The notes beneath the pieces are model-generated. The model made no database searches. It was not told where the DNA came from and saw nothing but the letters and a program-made list of their open reading frames with translations. The position numbers and the translations under genes are program-made. This document shows, one piece after another, positions 41,028-54,100 of a stretch of 64,000 bases of DNA (position 1 is its first letter; each line of letters begins with the position of its first letter). Origin of the DNA: Chrysomallon squamiferum. Lineage: Eukaryota > Animalia > Mollusca. The stretch lies in NCBI GenBank assembly GCA_012295275.1, contig CM022668.1, positions 9,424,001 to 9,488,000 on the forward strand, read 5' to 3'.

Positions 41028-41058
<31 letters not shown>

Positions 41059-41462
41059 AAATGCAACACTGAAGTAACAACACTCAAATTAATTTAAAAA
41101 ATTAAAAAAAAATTAAAAAAAAATTAAAAAAAGCCAGAATGTTGGTAAGTCTGGAAATCTCTTTTTAAGAATCCAAAATCTAAATATAAATATTATCAAT
41201 AAATATCAGCCATGTTTTTGGTTTAGAAGCCAAAGGCTATCTTTAATGCATATTTTTTCTTTAAAGTTATTTAATTATTTCCATTTATCTAATTTTCTTT
41301 TTCAATTTTACCTTTCATATTTTTTTTTTGTTATCTTGTTTTTATCTCATCTTCTCTCCTCACCATATGTATCTATATTTCTGTTATATTTTTAAGTATG
41401 TATGTGTATTGAATATGTGTTTTATATACACACATACACTCACAAGAGTCACATAAGACTTA

Positions 41463-41504
<42 letters not shown>

Positions 41505-42316
41505 AAGAAAAAAGAATCAACTTACATCAAGCAGTATATGTCAGGTATGTGTTTACAAGAGAGTACTGGTTTTTGTGTGATGTATATGTATGTACATGTA
41601 CAGATGTGGCCACGAGTGTAAAATAACAACAGTGACAATGATTACTATCTTCTACAAATGTAAAAACAACAACCAATATATTTGTGGATTGTAAGTATAC
41701 AATGACAGGGAAGAAAAAAATATACAATCGTAAGGAATATTTGGAATTTATGCTGTAGCTTAAGTTTATATTTATCTGTGCATGATACCTGTTAAGGTAA
41801 AGAAAGTATCTGATGACTTTTCCAGTTATTACACTAACAATGATGTTTACAGTAAATAATAACTTTAACAATAACTGTAAATGTAATGATAGTAGTAGTA
41901 GCAATAGGAGTAGTAAGTTTTAGCAGTAGTGATAGTAGTGGTAATAGTACTAGTAATAGTATTAGTTCTAGTGGTAATGGTGGTGGTGATAATGGGAGTA
42001 ACAGTAGTAATACAAATGTTAAAGTGTATTGAAATGCCAACAAATAAGTTTATTGTTTATTCATTACAATAATTAAGATATATGACAGTTATTTCCTTTA
42101 TACTGAATCAAGGAACAAGTTGCAATTTCTGATTCTGAATTGTTACTGAATCATCATTTTTAGAGATTTTGACAGAAAAACCTACTTAGAAATGAATCAT
42201 ATGGTATTTGTATTGTCACTATGTGAGAGTAGAATACTGATGTCTTCAAGGAATACCAAAGTCAGCTGAAGACTATTCTTTCCAGTTAGGACTAAGGAAT
42301 CATTAATGATGTCATA

Positions 42317-42901
42317 CCGTATATACTTGTGTATAAGTCGAATTTTTGGGAGACTATATTAAGGTAATATTTTGGGGGTCGACTTATACATAGGTAATGC
42401 TTTTGAAGCTGTTGCTGAAGAGGCCCATTTTGACTTTTTTTTGCTACGGGATGCATCTAAAATAATCGTGGTCTTTCAGCTTTTCAAAAATATAATTTTA
42501 TCGTATACATTTTTTTGAAAAATTAAATAACAAAACCAAATATGAATGTAAAACATGATATTCTTCCGTTTAATGAAATAAAAATACATTTTAAAGCGAG
42601 AAAACCGTTAGTACAGCGTTATGCCTTACGGGGTCTTGCAATGATTTAGGCTATAGCTCGTGTAATACATGCATTTACGTTATTATGGTATGTTCGTGCA
42701 AGTTACAGCTCGTGCAAGTTATGTTACAGTAGGCATACAATGTAGGCCTTCATGGCACTGTCACACTGGTCTAAAAATAGTGACGGTGCCTGGAATCTAC
42801 AGTCGACTTATACACAAGTAATACCTAAAATGATGCAATTTTTGGTCTTAAAATACACATCAACTTATACATAAGGTCGCCTTGTACACAAGTATATACG
42901 G
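42317..42901. mobile_element. Non-autonomous Tc1/mariner-superfamily (Tc2/pogo-like) MITE, 585 bp
   Basis: 25-bp TIRs CCGTATATACTTGTGTATAAGTCGA with 2 mismatches, TA on both sides (42315-16, 42902-03), internal repeats of gtcgacttatac, no ORF. Confidence 0.85.
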
Positions 42902-42944
42902 TATATGTGATTTAAAATCCCAAAGGCAATGTAACAGTCAGTTC

Positions 42945-43110
42945 ATTTTCAGTTAGCAGCAAGAAATGGTTTATATGTATCTACCTACCCACAGACAGGA
43001 AAAATAATTCTGATAAACCAGATAGAGATCTAGATGGAATGGAAAACAACCTAATGAGGGATGGTTGTGTAACCTGTTATGCCTCATACACATGCCCTAA
43101 CCTCTAAGCT
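42945..43110. mobile_element. Degenerate interspersed repeat, SINE-like (related segment at about 2820-2910)
   Basis: The loose motif ttagca(ta)gcaag...acagga is shared by the two loci. The SINE assignment rests on recalled gastropod repeats and is unverified. Confidence 0.3.
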
Positions 43111-44944
43111 ACAAGCTGTCTTGAGAATGGAGTAATAAAGGTAACAGCAAGATGAAAATTGCAATCAATATTACAGAAACAACAATTCAAACCAAATAGG
43201 ATGATAAATGTGCACTCAACATATTCATGTTCCCATTTATCAAACACAATACTCAGGTACTGCAAGATAACAGTGGGAACGTGTTTAAAAAATAACAGAT
43301 GATAAACTGTGTTAAGTATAGACGTAAGACAACCGAAATAAAAACCTGCTTGTGTTATAAATGTTCATTCAGCATAATAACACATTTCATTTATCAAAAC
43401 AAAGTTTTAACATACTTGAGGCCAACAATGTGAATTTATATTAACTCTTTCTGTTGTAGAAAAAAAATCTGTACCCAACAGGTGGGCAGTGTTTACATCC
43501 AAGCTTCAACTAATCTTGTCACATTGGAAGTGAAAACTCATTATTTTGTAAACTGTAAAGGATTAAAAAATAAACAAGACATGTGAAAAAAAAAATATAT
43601 ATATATAAATAATGATGCCACCAATTTAGGAGACAAATGACATTTGCTTATTCAGCAAACTTTTAATTTTAAGTTTCATTTAGATATAATTTAAAAGTTT
43701 AGGTTTGTTTGGTTGTTTTAGTATTTTAGAAAGAATAATGGCATCCACATTTAAACATTTGACCCATTTTTAAACACTACTTATGTTTTTCCTTTAAAAT
43801 TAAATGCAGTAACAATGTATGAATTTAGACTATTTCTAAAGCATCTGGTCTGGATAAACTTAACTTTTTGTCACTTTGTCACCGCATCTAATAGTTTCTG
43901 ATAATAGAATACCATTCCAATATACATTCTAGACTTTAACTGCTGTATGACTAATTTTGTTATCAACAAGTGATCTCAGCTTTCAGACCAATGACATAAT
44001 CACTTTAAAAATAATTCTGACATGGAATTATGATACCAGCAGCCATCTACCAGAGCTAAAATGTAACCCAGTGTATCACTCATTCTAGAACCAAAATACA
44101 ATTCCTGTTTTCAGAGCAATCATTAAACTACTTGGTATCAGAATCAGGCCTGTTATAACACCTTTAATAAAACGTCTTGAATGTAGTACCAGATTATGCT
44201 ATTATGTTCAATTTTATTTTATTGTTGTACATAATTTACATATTACATCTTTCTCAAAGTCTACCATTATAGAAACAATTATTTACTACCTCCGTTATTC
44301 ACAGACTACCATTTAATTTGATACTGCTATCAGGTTCAGTTCCCAAGATCTATTACACTTCAGACTAAAGGCATAACCAGTATGACACCAAGTCTGTATG
44401 AATTCCTTATTGTTCCAGACATTTTCAGCTCTTCAAGAAAAACATTTTCTTTCTGTACTATTTAATAACATATAAATATATATTATATAAAAAGATCAGA
44501 TCCTATATTCTACCAGATTTCAGCCCAATGACTCAACCAGAAGGAGATCACTTAGGCATCTGCCTACTCAACACTAGATTTTCTTTTACTTTTTTCAGAA
44601 TCTACAAGAAAAGTAATCTTCTTCTGTACCATTTAATTACAGATACCATCAGTAGCAGATCCCATGAGCTACCAGACTTAAGGCTTAAAGGACAACCAGC
44701 AATAGATTCATTCTGCATACATTAAATTAATACTGTCCCATCCAATCAATACTTGATTTTCTTTCACTATTTTCAGTCCCTGATAGAAAAGCACACCTTA
44801 ATGACACCTGACAGGTTTTAGTATTCAGGTCGGAATTATTGGATTGTAAATGTTCATTAAGCTTTCTTAGTTGGTGTCTTACTGTTCTGATCAATAATTT
44901 ATTCAGTTATGCATCAATAATTCAACAGTATAGCTTTTGTACAC

Positions 44945-44982
<38 letters not shown>

Positions 44983-45294
44983 GCCAATGTTAAAGAAGTA
45001 AATTAAAAAGTAACATGTAGTACTAGTAGTAATAATAAAAATTGAAATGATGTTTGAAAAATATTTTAAAAAATGAGATAGTCCCAACAAATACTTAATA
45101 ACTGTATGTTCTATTAAAAAAAGGAAAATACACACACACATAAAAAAATATATATAAATAAATAAGACAGACATTAATGAGTTTTTTCAAATCCATCCAA
45201 AAAAAGCACCAAATCTCTCACTCTCTCTGTCTCTCTCTCTCTCTCACACACACATATATATACATACATAGACAAATTAAATAAAATAACTTAC

Positions 45295-45398
45295 CATGTG
45301 ATCAGTTAATCTGTTCTCTAATAAATAACACTGGTCATAAATCCTTGACAATCACGGCCATTGTTATGTTTATTTCCCAGAACAATAATTATCACAGT
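45295..45398 (-). other. Candidate 104-nt non-coding 5'-UTR exon of the SLC4 gene
   Basis: A long poly-T tract plus cAG acceptor and a perfect ATG|GTAAGT donor, on the same strand as the gene. Confidence 0.6.
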
Positions 45399-45401
45399 CT
45401 G

Positions 45402-45439
<38 letters not shown>

Positions 45440-46677
45440 TAAATAATAAAACAACAACAGAATAATAAACAGAAAATTTAACACACAGCTCTGAAATAAA
45501 TTACATGAATTAGTGGGGTAGTTATTGTCATCTAATGATAAAATCTTTGAACTGTGGAAACAGTTGGTAATACCCACGCATCATACTGGCCCACTGAAAA
45601 CTTTACACACCAGAGAATCTGTAGAAACTCAATGTATTGTGACCTTTACAGGAATATTCAGTTTGTGACCACTGCAGCAAAAGCACTTATAAAAGATAAT
45701 CAGGATAATAATCATTTTGAAAAATACATGAAGATATTGTAGAAGTGTTAATAATAAATAAATAAATAAACAAAATAAATAATATATTATAAAAAACACA
45801 TTTTTGTAACAATAGTTCAGTTACTTCTGCTGTCAACAGACAACACTCACTGGTACAGATACCATTACTATATATAGAGCTACTAGACTACTACTACTAG
45901 TACTACTACCAGTGGTATAATGATAACAAATTTTTTAGTTGTTATCTATAACAATATTTAAATTAAAATAAATTTAGTCATAATTATTTTTTAGTTATAC
46001 TCAGAATCAAACTTTAGAAATGGAATGTCCCAAATAAAAAAAAATTCATAACACTAACCAGAATCATGTTCAAGTAAGTTATAAAGCAGTTAACAAATTA
46101 ATTCTTATAAATTATAATTTGGCACAGCTGTTATAGATTTATGGATAGTCAGGTAATATTTTCAAATCCTAAAACACTAATTCAGGTTAATAAATAATAA
46201 ATTACATGGCAATTATGTACACAAATCCATATATTGGGCACGATATAAATATATACACATTAATTCTGTATTATTTCAGACATTAGTTAATATGTAGGTT
46301 CAGTTTAGGCACCACCCATTGTTTGTTTTCTTGTTTATAGGATTTTGAGGGATTTCATTCCACCAGTAATATCTCTGAGAATACAAATATTCCAAGAAAG
46401 ATGTATTACTATAAAATTTAAGGTTTATTCTGATCTTCAGAAATCAACATTTGGTTTCCTTTTGTTTCTTTTAATGGTTTTATTACAGTCTTTGTAACGA
46501 AAATTAACCCAATCCCCTCACTATAATACTGTTGGTGCTACTTCTACTACTTTACTACAAGTACTACTACCAGCACCACCAGCACCAGTTCTATGATTAT
46601 TACTGCTAACATTATTTTTTTAATTATTAACATTTTCATCATTGTTGTTATTACTATTCCATAGTACTACAACAACA

Positions 46678-46717
<40 letters not shown>

Positions 46718-47024
46718 TTAACACCTTTAAGAACAGTTGCAGAATGTAACGAATAATCTATTGAGGTGAAGTACAACTGGAAACAACAGCTGTTAAATAA
46801 TCACTGTTTAAACACAGATATGAGATATTAAAAATATATTTTATAGCTGTACCTTAAAATATTCTACTGACATGTTTTGGGGTTAATTTGATATCAATTT
46901 CTCTCTTCTTTTAAAAAAAAAATATATATATATATATATATATTTACTTATTTATTTGTATATTTTTAATTTTAATTTATTAATTTTTAATTTAATTATT
47001 TTTTAATTCAATTCAATTTATTTA

Positions 47025-47101
47025 TTTAATTTAATTTAATTTAATTTAATTTAATTTAATTTAATTTAATTTAATTTAATTTAATTTAATTTAATTTAAT
47101 T
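47025..47101. repeat. (TTAAT)n microsatellite
   Basis: Seen directly. Confidence 0.9.
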
Positions 47102-47492
47102 TTATTTTATTTTATTTTGAAGAAAACTATGTAGCTTTTGATAAATGATAAACTGGTCACAGGGAATAAACTGCAGTGGGAAATAGTAAGTGTCAAGGAT
47201 TGATCCTGTGATGAACCATTCTCCAGACCAGTTAATACCACTGACTAAAGAACCATCTCCCCAATATGCTATAATATCACTGATACGAGAAATGAGTTTG
47301 TATTTTTATTATTAAAAAGATTATTTTTTTAAAATACTGTTTTAGAAAATTAACAAGTATGAATTAAATATCATAAATAATAATAATAATAATAATAATA
47401 GAAAAGTAATATTATTATTATTAATGACAAATAAAAAAATATATATAGAATAAAATAGAAATTAATAAAAAAAATAATTTAATTTAAAACAA

Positions 47493-47526
<34 letters not shown>

Positions 47527-47915
47527 GTAATAATAATAATAATAAAATATTTGCTTTCAACAAGTCTTTCTTTACCTCCAGACATTTAAAAATCAGGATT
47601 CCCATAAACACAAACTGACAGACATATAAATAAGTAAGGATATCATATTAATGTTCATCTTGAAACAGAATATTTAATATGATGTCTGACAAGCAATTTG
47701 GACAATTTGTCAAGATGGTTATCTTTTAATATTTCACTTTAGCCAACTGTAGATAATTTGATTTTCATTGTATAACTATATGTATCTGAAACACTTTTTA
47801 TTTTTTTTGCTCTTATGTGCACTTGATTACTTAAAAAGATATTATCATTCTGTCATAGAAATTTCATAATCATACCAATGTGAGAAAAAATGTTAAAGTG
47901 TATGTGTGTGTGCCT

Positions 47916-48031
<116 letters not shown>

Positions 48032-48625
48032 AGTTTCTCAACACTTGACACTTTAACTCAAAAGTAGAAGTTTTAGAACAAGATACAAGTCTCATACTTG
48101 ATTTAAGTGTTTTAAATTCTCATATTAATCATGTATTGTTTGTTCAACTCTCACATCCTGGCAGACCACTTGTAACAAACATTCACAAAGTTATTACTGC
48201 ATGTTACTTTGAACCAGTAGAGTAATTATTATTAGTTTACTTGAATTAAAAACTTAGATGTCAATAGAAATAATCATTATTAACAAATAATATATTACTA
48301 ATAAAATAAAATGTATTATTTTTTAATATTAATCTAAATATCAAATTAGAACTGTATATAGTACTGAGAAAGATAAAGAGACAGATACATATTTAAATAA
48401 AAATTTGGGGTTTTTTGGTTGGGTTTTTTTCTTTCTTATTCAAATTATTGTATAAATATTAGTCACAGTAGGGTAGAAACAATTTTTCTTTCAGATGTTG
48501 TATGACCGTAAATAAATATATATACAAAAAAAAGAATGTATCTGACACTTAAAAGTAAATTCGTATTTTGGGTGTAAAAAATGTTCATTCATTAAAATCA
48601 GTTGCATTCATATTACAAACAAACA

Positions 48626-48656
<31 letters not shown>

Positions 48657-49089
48657 AAACAAGGAAATAAATAACTTCAAGAATAAACCATAATAAAACA
48701 AAATATAATAAACAAACAAACAAACAAACAAATAAATAAATAAATAAATAAATAATCCTATAAATAAACAAACAACATTTACTTTTTAATGTGTTGATTA
48801 AAGTAACATCCTCTGATTCAAACCAGTTATGATTTACTTGAGAAAAGTTTTCAGATTGCAAACTGTGGTGTACTATGCAGGCACAGACCTGGCTATTCCA
48901 CTCGGACAGTCCAGCAAAATAATTAGTGAACATCTGCTGTCGGTCACAAGTCTAGACTTATCTGTTAATAATTAGAACATTTGTTGTTTCCACTGTCCAG
49001 ATGAAATTCCATGCCTGGTGTTTGTTATTATCTTAGTGAAGTGGATGACACGTAGTATGAAAAAGTTTGAGTGAGTGTGAGTGTGCAAA

Positions 49090-49091
<2 letters not shown>

Positions 49092-49142
<51 letters not shown>
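49092..49142. repeat. (GT)n microsatellite
   Basis: Seen directly. Confidence 0.95.
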
Positions 49143-49144
<2 letters not shown>

Positions 49145-51118
49145 CACATTTTTAAGTAGAAGTTCATTATATATATTTAATGTTTTTTAACAATGCTGCA
49201 GTAGCTTTTTACCTGCTTATCTATGGTTCCTTTGTAATCACATCCAAACACATAGATAAGTTAAAATACTCTGTTTTAAGGAATGTACACAAAATATTTT
49301 ATGACTTCTGTCTAAAACAAAAACAAAATATTATTAATCAGAAATATTTTCATAATTTAAATTACGATACAAATTTTAGTTTTACAAGCCAGAATGTACA
49401 AGAATAACCTAAAGTGTTTTTAAAAGATTATTTTTCATCACTGTCAGTTCTGTAATGCCTACAATTACAGTCCAGTTTTACAATGTTATTGATTTCCATT
49501 CATACTAGTTAATTAACCTCTGATGAGTGATATCAATTATTCACATGATGTTTGTATTCTAAACACTCCTTTTACTGCATGCTTACGTTGTGTAGTATGT
49601 ACAATGGCTAATACTACCCAGGATAGACACTCAGACAAACACTACATTTTGACTTATAACCCAAGTACAAATTACTAGGAACATACTGATAAAATAAAAT
49701 GTACTGTTATTTATTTCTAACTGTCACAAACCTGTAATAGAATATTTGATTAAGAAAGACAAGTCAGAGTATTAATCCTTCTCAGTACTGTCTGATAAAC
49801 AAGATTTGTCTGGTTGGCTTGATTGACTGTTGATCCTGAGATCTGTAATTTGTCTAAACAAGTGTCCATCAGACAGACAATGACAGTGTTCTGTTTTCAA
49901 ACTATCTACAGTAATGTTTAAGTAGTTTAAGATACTGTAGAAAAGATGTCAACTCTACAATCTTGTCAGTATAAATCAGAAAACTGTATGAAATGTTTGT
50001 AGCTTTTATGATACTGTCTATAACTGTACTATCTAGAATACAACCTGTAGTGTTTAGAATAGGTTAACTATATGGCTGGACTATACATTTTATACAATAC
50101 TGTTCATATTATCTAGGATTACTGTATATATGCCTGGACTACACTGTCTGTAGGATTGGACTATGGTGCTGTTTATCTAGGATACTATCAGTAGTATCTT
50201 GTATACATTAATCATCCCTGTAGCCAATACACTCTCTCTCTACTGGTCAAGAAAACTGATTAATGTTAATGTTTACTGATAATTTTTCTGACTGGCATGG
50301 AGTCTGATAATCTTAATTTACAGAACTCTAATACTGATAATTTCAAAACCTTCTTCCCATATTGTTTTTACAAACACTCTCCTGCGACTATATTTAGCTG
50401 AGTGCAGTTCAGCAAAGGTCATTCTGCCTACTATTATGAGACGACTGTACAGAATTTCTGGATAAGATGCTAATGAAAATAGTTATCAGTGTAAAACAGT
50501 TCAATACTGAACTCTCCTTGTAGGTGATCGAACTTCCTCAACAGAACTCAACCGCTGAAAGATTAGTTGTCAGTTCTGAATCACTGATGACAAAACTGCT
50601 GGTGTGATTAAAGTAGCAAATCACATTATTATTACTTCTCGTACAGAAATTAGTCTACAGTGGTTACTGTTGCAGCCTGCTATGTAGTAGATCGTAACAT
50701 CAATCCTGCTCTATGCATTCACTTGGCTTTTTCCTATTCCAGACAGCTCACTATGACCGGTTTAACAAAGACTGTCAGATTTACTTTCTTTTTCATGAAA
50801 TGTTAAGAACGTTTGCATCCTTTTTTCCCCATATACCTCTGATCTATAATAGTAATTATACATAAATTATTTGGATGTCTTAATACAATGATTCAATCTT
50901 GGCATATTTTTTTTTGGTCGCAGATGAATATTTATAATCCTTTCAGTATCCTACTATTAATATTACAATAACAACTGCTACAAACATTTGTACATATTCT
51001 TAATAGTTTTGTTTTCAAACCCTGTTACAGATTTTGTCAAACTTCCAAGTTCATGTTATTTTATTTTAGGTTCTGAGGATAAATGTAATATAGAATATGC
51101 AAAACAGACAGAAAATGG

Positions 51119-51154
<36 letters not shown>

Positions 51155-54100
51155 GAAGTAATTCAGTTCAAATTAAAAATATATATAACCACAGATCATT
51201 CCAGTTCTAAAATATACAAAAATATTTTAGGAAAATATTTAGAAGACAGGTTTCAAGATACTTATCTGGTATTGTGTTGCTGTCCAAGATAAATCTTTTC
51301 TAACAACAACAAAAAAAATAATTGTACAATTCTTACAACATATAATGTATTATAAAATCAATATTAACACAGTTTGCAACTGTACAAACAAGATTAATTC
51401 AAGTAGCTTAGTGGATATATAATGCTTGACCTGGTTTTTAAAAATACAATAAAATAAAATATATTTATATATATATATACACACACACACACAGACACCT
51501 ATTACTTTATTGTTAGTTACACATGAACACACAAATTAAATGCCTGTCTCTAGTTTGCTTATTGTACAAACCAAATGCGTATACCTAATTGTAATAAATG
51601 TGGGACCAGTTATCAAGAAAACACAATGATTTACATCACAATGCTAGTCCACAATGTTTTAACCAGAGCATTAAGACATATAAAATAAAACCCAGAAAGG
51701 AATTTACTCATACAGTTTGTTCCCAGTTTTCAAAATATGATTATTATGTTGTCAAATGATCATACCTTTCATATATGCATTTATATACAATGATGAGAAA
51801 ATGGAAACCTACAACTGCCAATCTCTGGAAAACTTTCATTTAGTTTGAGATCTCGTATTTAGCAGAGAAACACATACCACCTGTTTTTCAAACAGCAGGT
51901 GTGTAAGGCAATGGCTTGGATAGAAAAAAAGAAATCTTGGTTACTAAGGAGCATTGATCTTGTTACATCAGGCTCCAGTCCTGTGCTTTAAAACTTGTAA
52001 TACTGGGTTCCTAATATTCTTTATACACAAGTCAGTTTTAACCAGTATTGTCTTGACTTTATCTGACTGATTTTTCACGTTAAATATTAAAATGACCTAA
52101 TATGTGATAAGACACCAGGTTGTCTTTTTCATGCACTAATTGGGTTGTTTTCTCATTCCAACCAGTTCCAAATAAATGGATTATCCAAGGCTATATTCTG
52201 TCCTTTCCTAAAGAAAGATGAGTGAGTGTGTGTGAGATTCTTTGTTTTTTACATTTGCTCTCTTCCTGTTATCTGACATAAAGAAGTCTATATAAAGATG
52301 CTGCAATTTCCTTTTGCATTTATTAATGGTTCATAGAAACAAAAAGTGTGTTGATGTATAATTAAACTGTCAATTTTTTTTTTTTTTATATATAAAATAT
52401 AGCAACATAAAGAACTTTTGACAATGCTGACTAAAACTAACAAAGGTGCTGGGTTACATAAACATTCACCACATCATTAATAACAACACTTAACATCTAA
52501 TTTATCATGATGATCCTATCATCTTTTAATTGTCTGGCAACCTGAATATGTATCATGTAGGTTATCAATTTACAGGGATGATCTAAAAACAAAGTTCAGT
52601 GATTTACATTAAATCAAAATGTGGCGTTTTTTAAATAACAAAAACAAAAAACTATGATATTATACTATTACTGTTACTTAATATTTCTGTTTCTGAATAA
52701 ACAATAAAATCTCCATAAAGGGGTTACATTTTTTTAAAATCAACTCACCTATTTCGGCTATAATATCATTATGATGCAGTTAATCTCTTGAATGCTGGAT
52801 TAATTTGGAATTAAAAAAAAAAAAAAAAAAAAAAAAAATCTTTACTGATGAGTAGGTCATAATCAATAACATATTATTATGACAGCCTAAGAAGAAAAAA
52901 AGTATATATAATACAGTCAGCCCACTTTATTTTGGAAGTATGTGGTTGAACAACAATAACAACAACAAAAAAAATACACCCCACACCTGCAGATGATCAG
53001 GACACACCTAAAGTGGTATATTTATTCTCTCAGTGTTAATATCATGAAACTCAACCTAGAGATACAATTTTTTTTGGACATTTAAAAAAAAAATTTAAAC
53101 TGACTTATCTCTCACACATATATAATCTCACTTTATAACAAAATGTAACCTAATACACTCTCTCTCTTTCCTCTCTATATACATGTGTATGTGTATGTGT
53201 ATGTGTATGTGTGTGTGTGTGTGTATGTATACACACACATACACATACAAACTTACAGTGAGATAATTTGTTTCAGTTATTATTATTATTATTAAGATTG
53301 CATAACAAATAAAAAAGTCAATTAAATTTTTGTTAAAACAATGCTTTAAACATGAATTATAACAGCAACAACAAAACATTTCCACTGAGTACATCAGCAC
53401 TACATGAATCTGTAACAAAGGAAATATAACTTAAGTTTGACCCATATTAAACTTCCTAGATTTCTTTCTTTTTTTTTTTTTTTTTTTTTTTTAAATCTCC
53501 ATTTTGTTAAAAGTAGGAAACAATTTAATAAATTGTTAATCTTGTGCAAAAAATTTGTAATGTTTTTCAATTGGCTTCTCAAATTTGAATTTTTGAAATA
53601 AATTAGTCGCCCATATAACTACTCCATTACAGTAATAAATTATTAATGGAAACACAGTTCTAACATTACAGAGTATTATAGAAGTTTACATTTAAAAATT
53701 AAAATGTAAAAATAGGTCACTGACGTAAATGCTAAAGTCTGTTTCATATTTTTAATAATCATCTGCAATTTATATCACATGGTTTTGTAACTATCATAAA
53801 GTTCATTGGTGTATATTTGTAACCAGCATTAAAATATATTCTTATACATATTTGTAACCATTACAAAAGTACATTCTTGGAGGTTGTTATATTATGTGGA
53901 ATAATGGTTCAGTTTTAATACATGAAATCATAATGGATTTTATCAGCCAAGTGCTAACATGGAACCGAATACAAAATATTCACCAGCCTTGGTTATAAGC
54001 AGAAACCTACCTGTACATGCATAACACACACACACACACACACACTAACTTAACTTTTTTCATTAACTGAGTAAGTACTGTTAAAACATAATTAAAATAC

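Noticed and set aside
42250-42290. Minus-strand ADFGIP peptide as a displaced TM7 exon
   Set aside because: Followed immediately by a stop, with no further similarity and no splice context.
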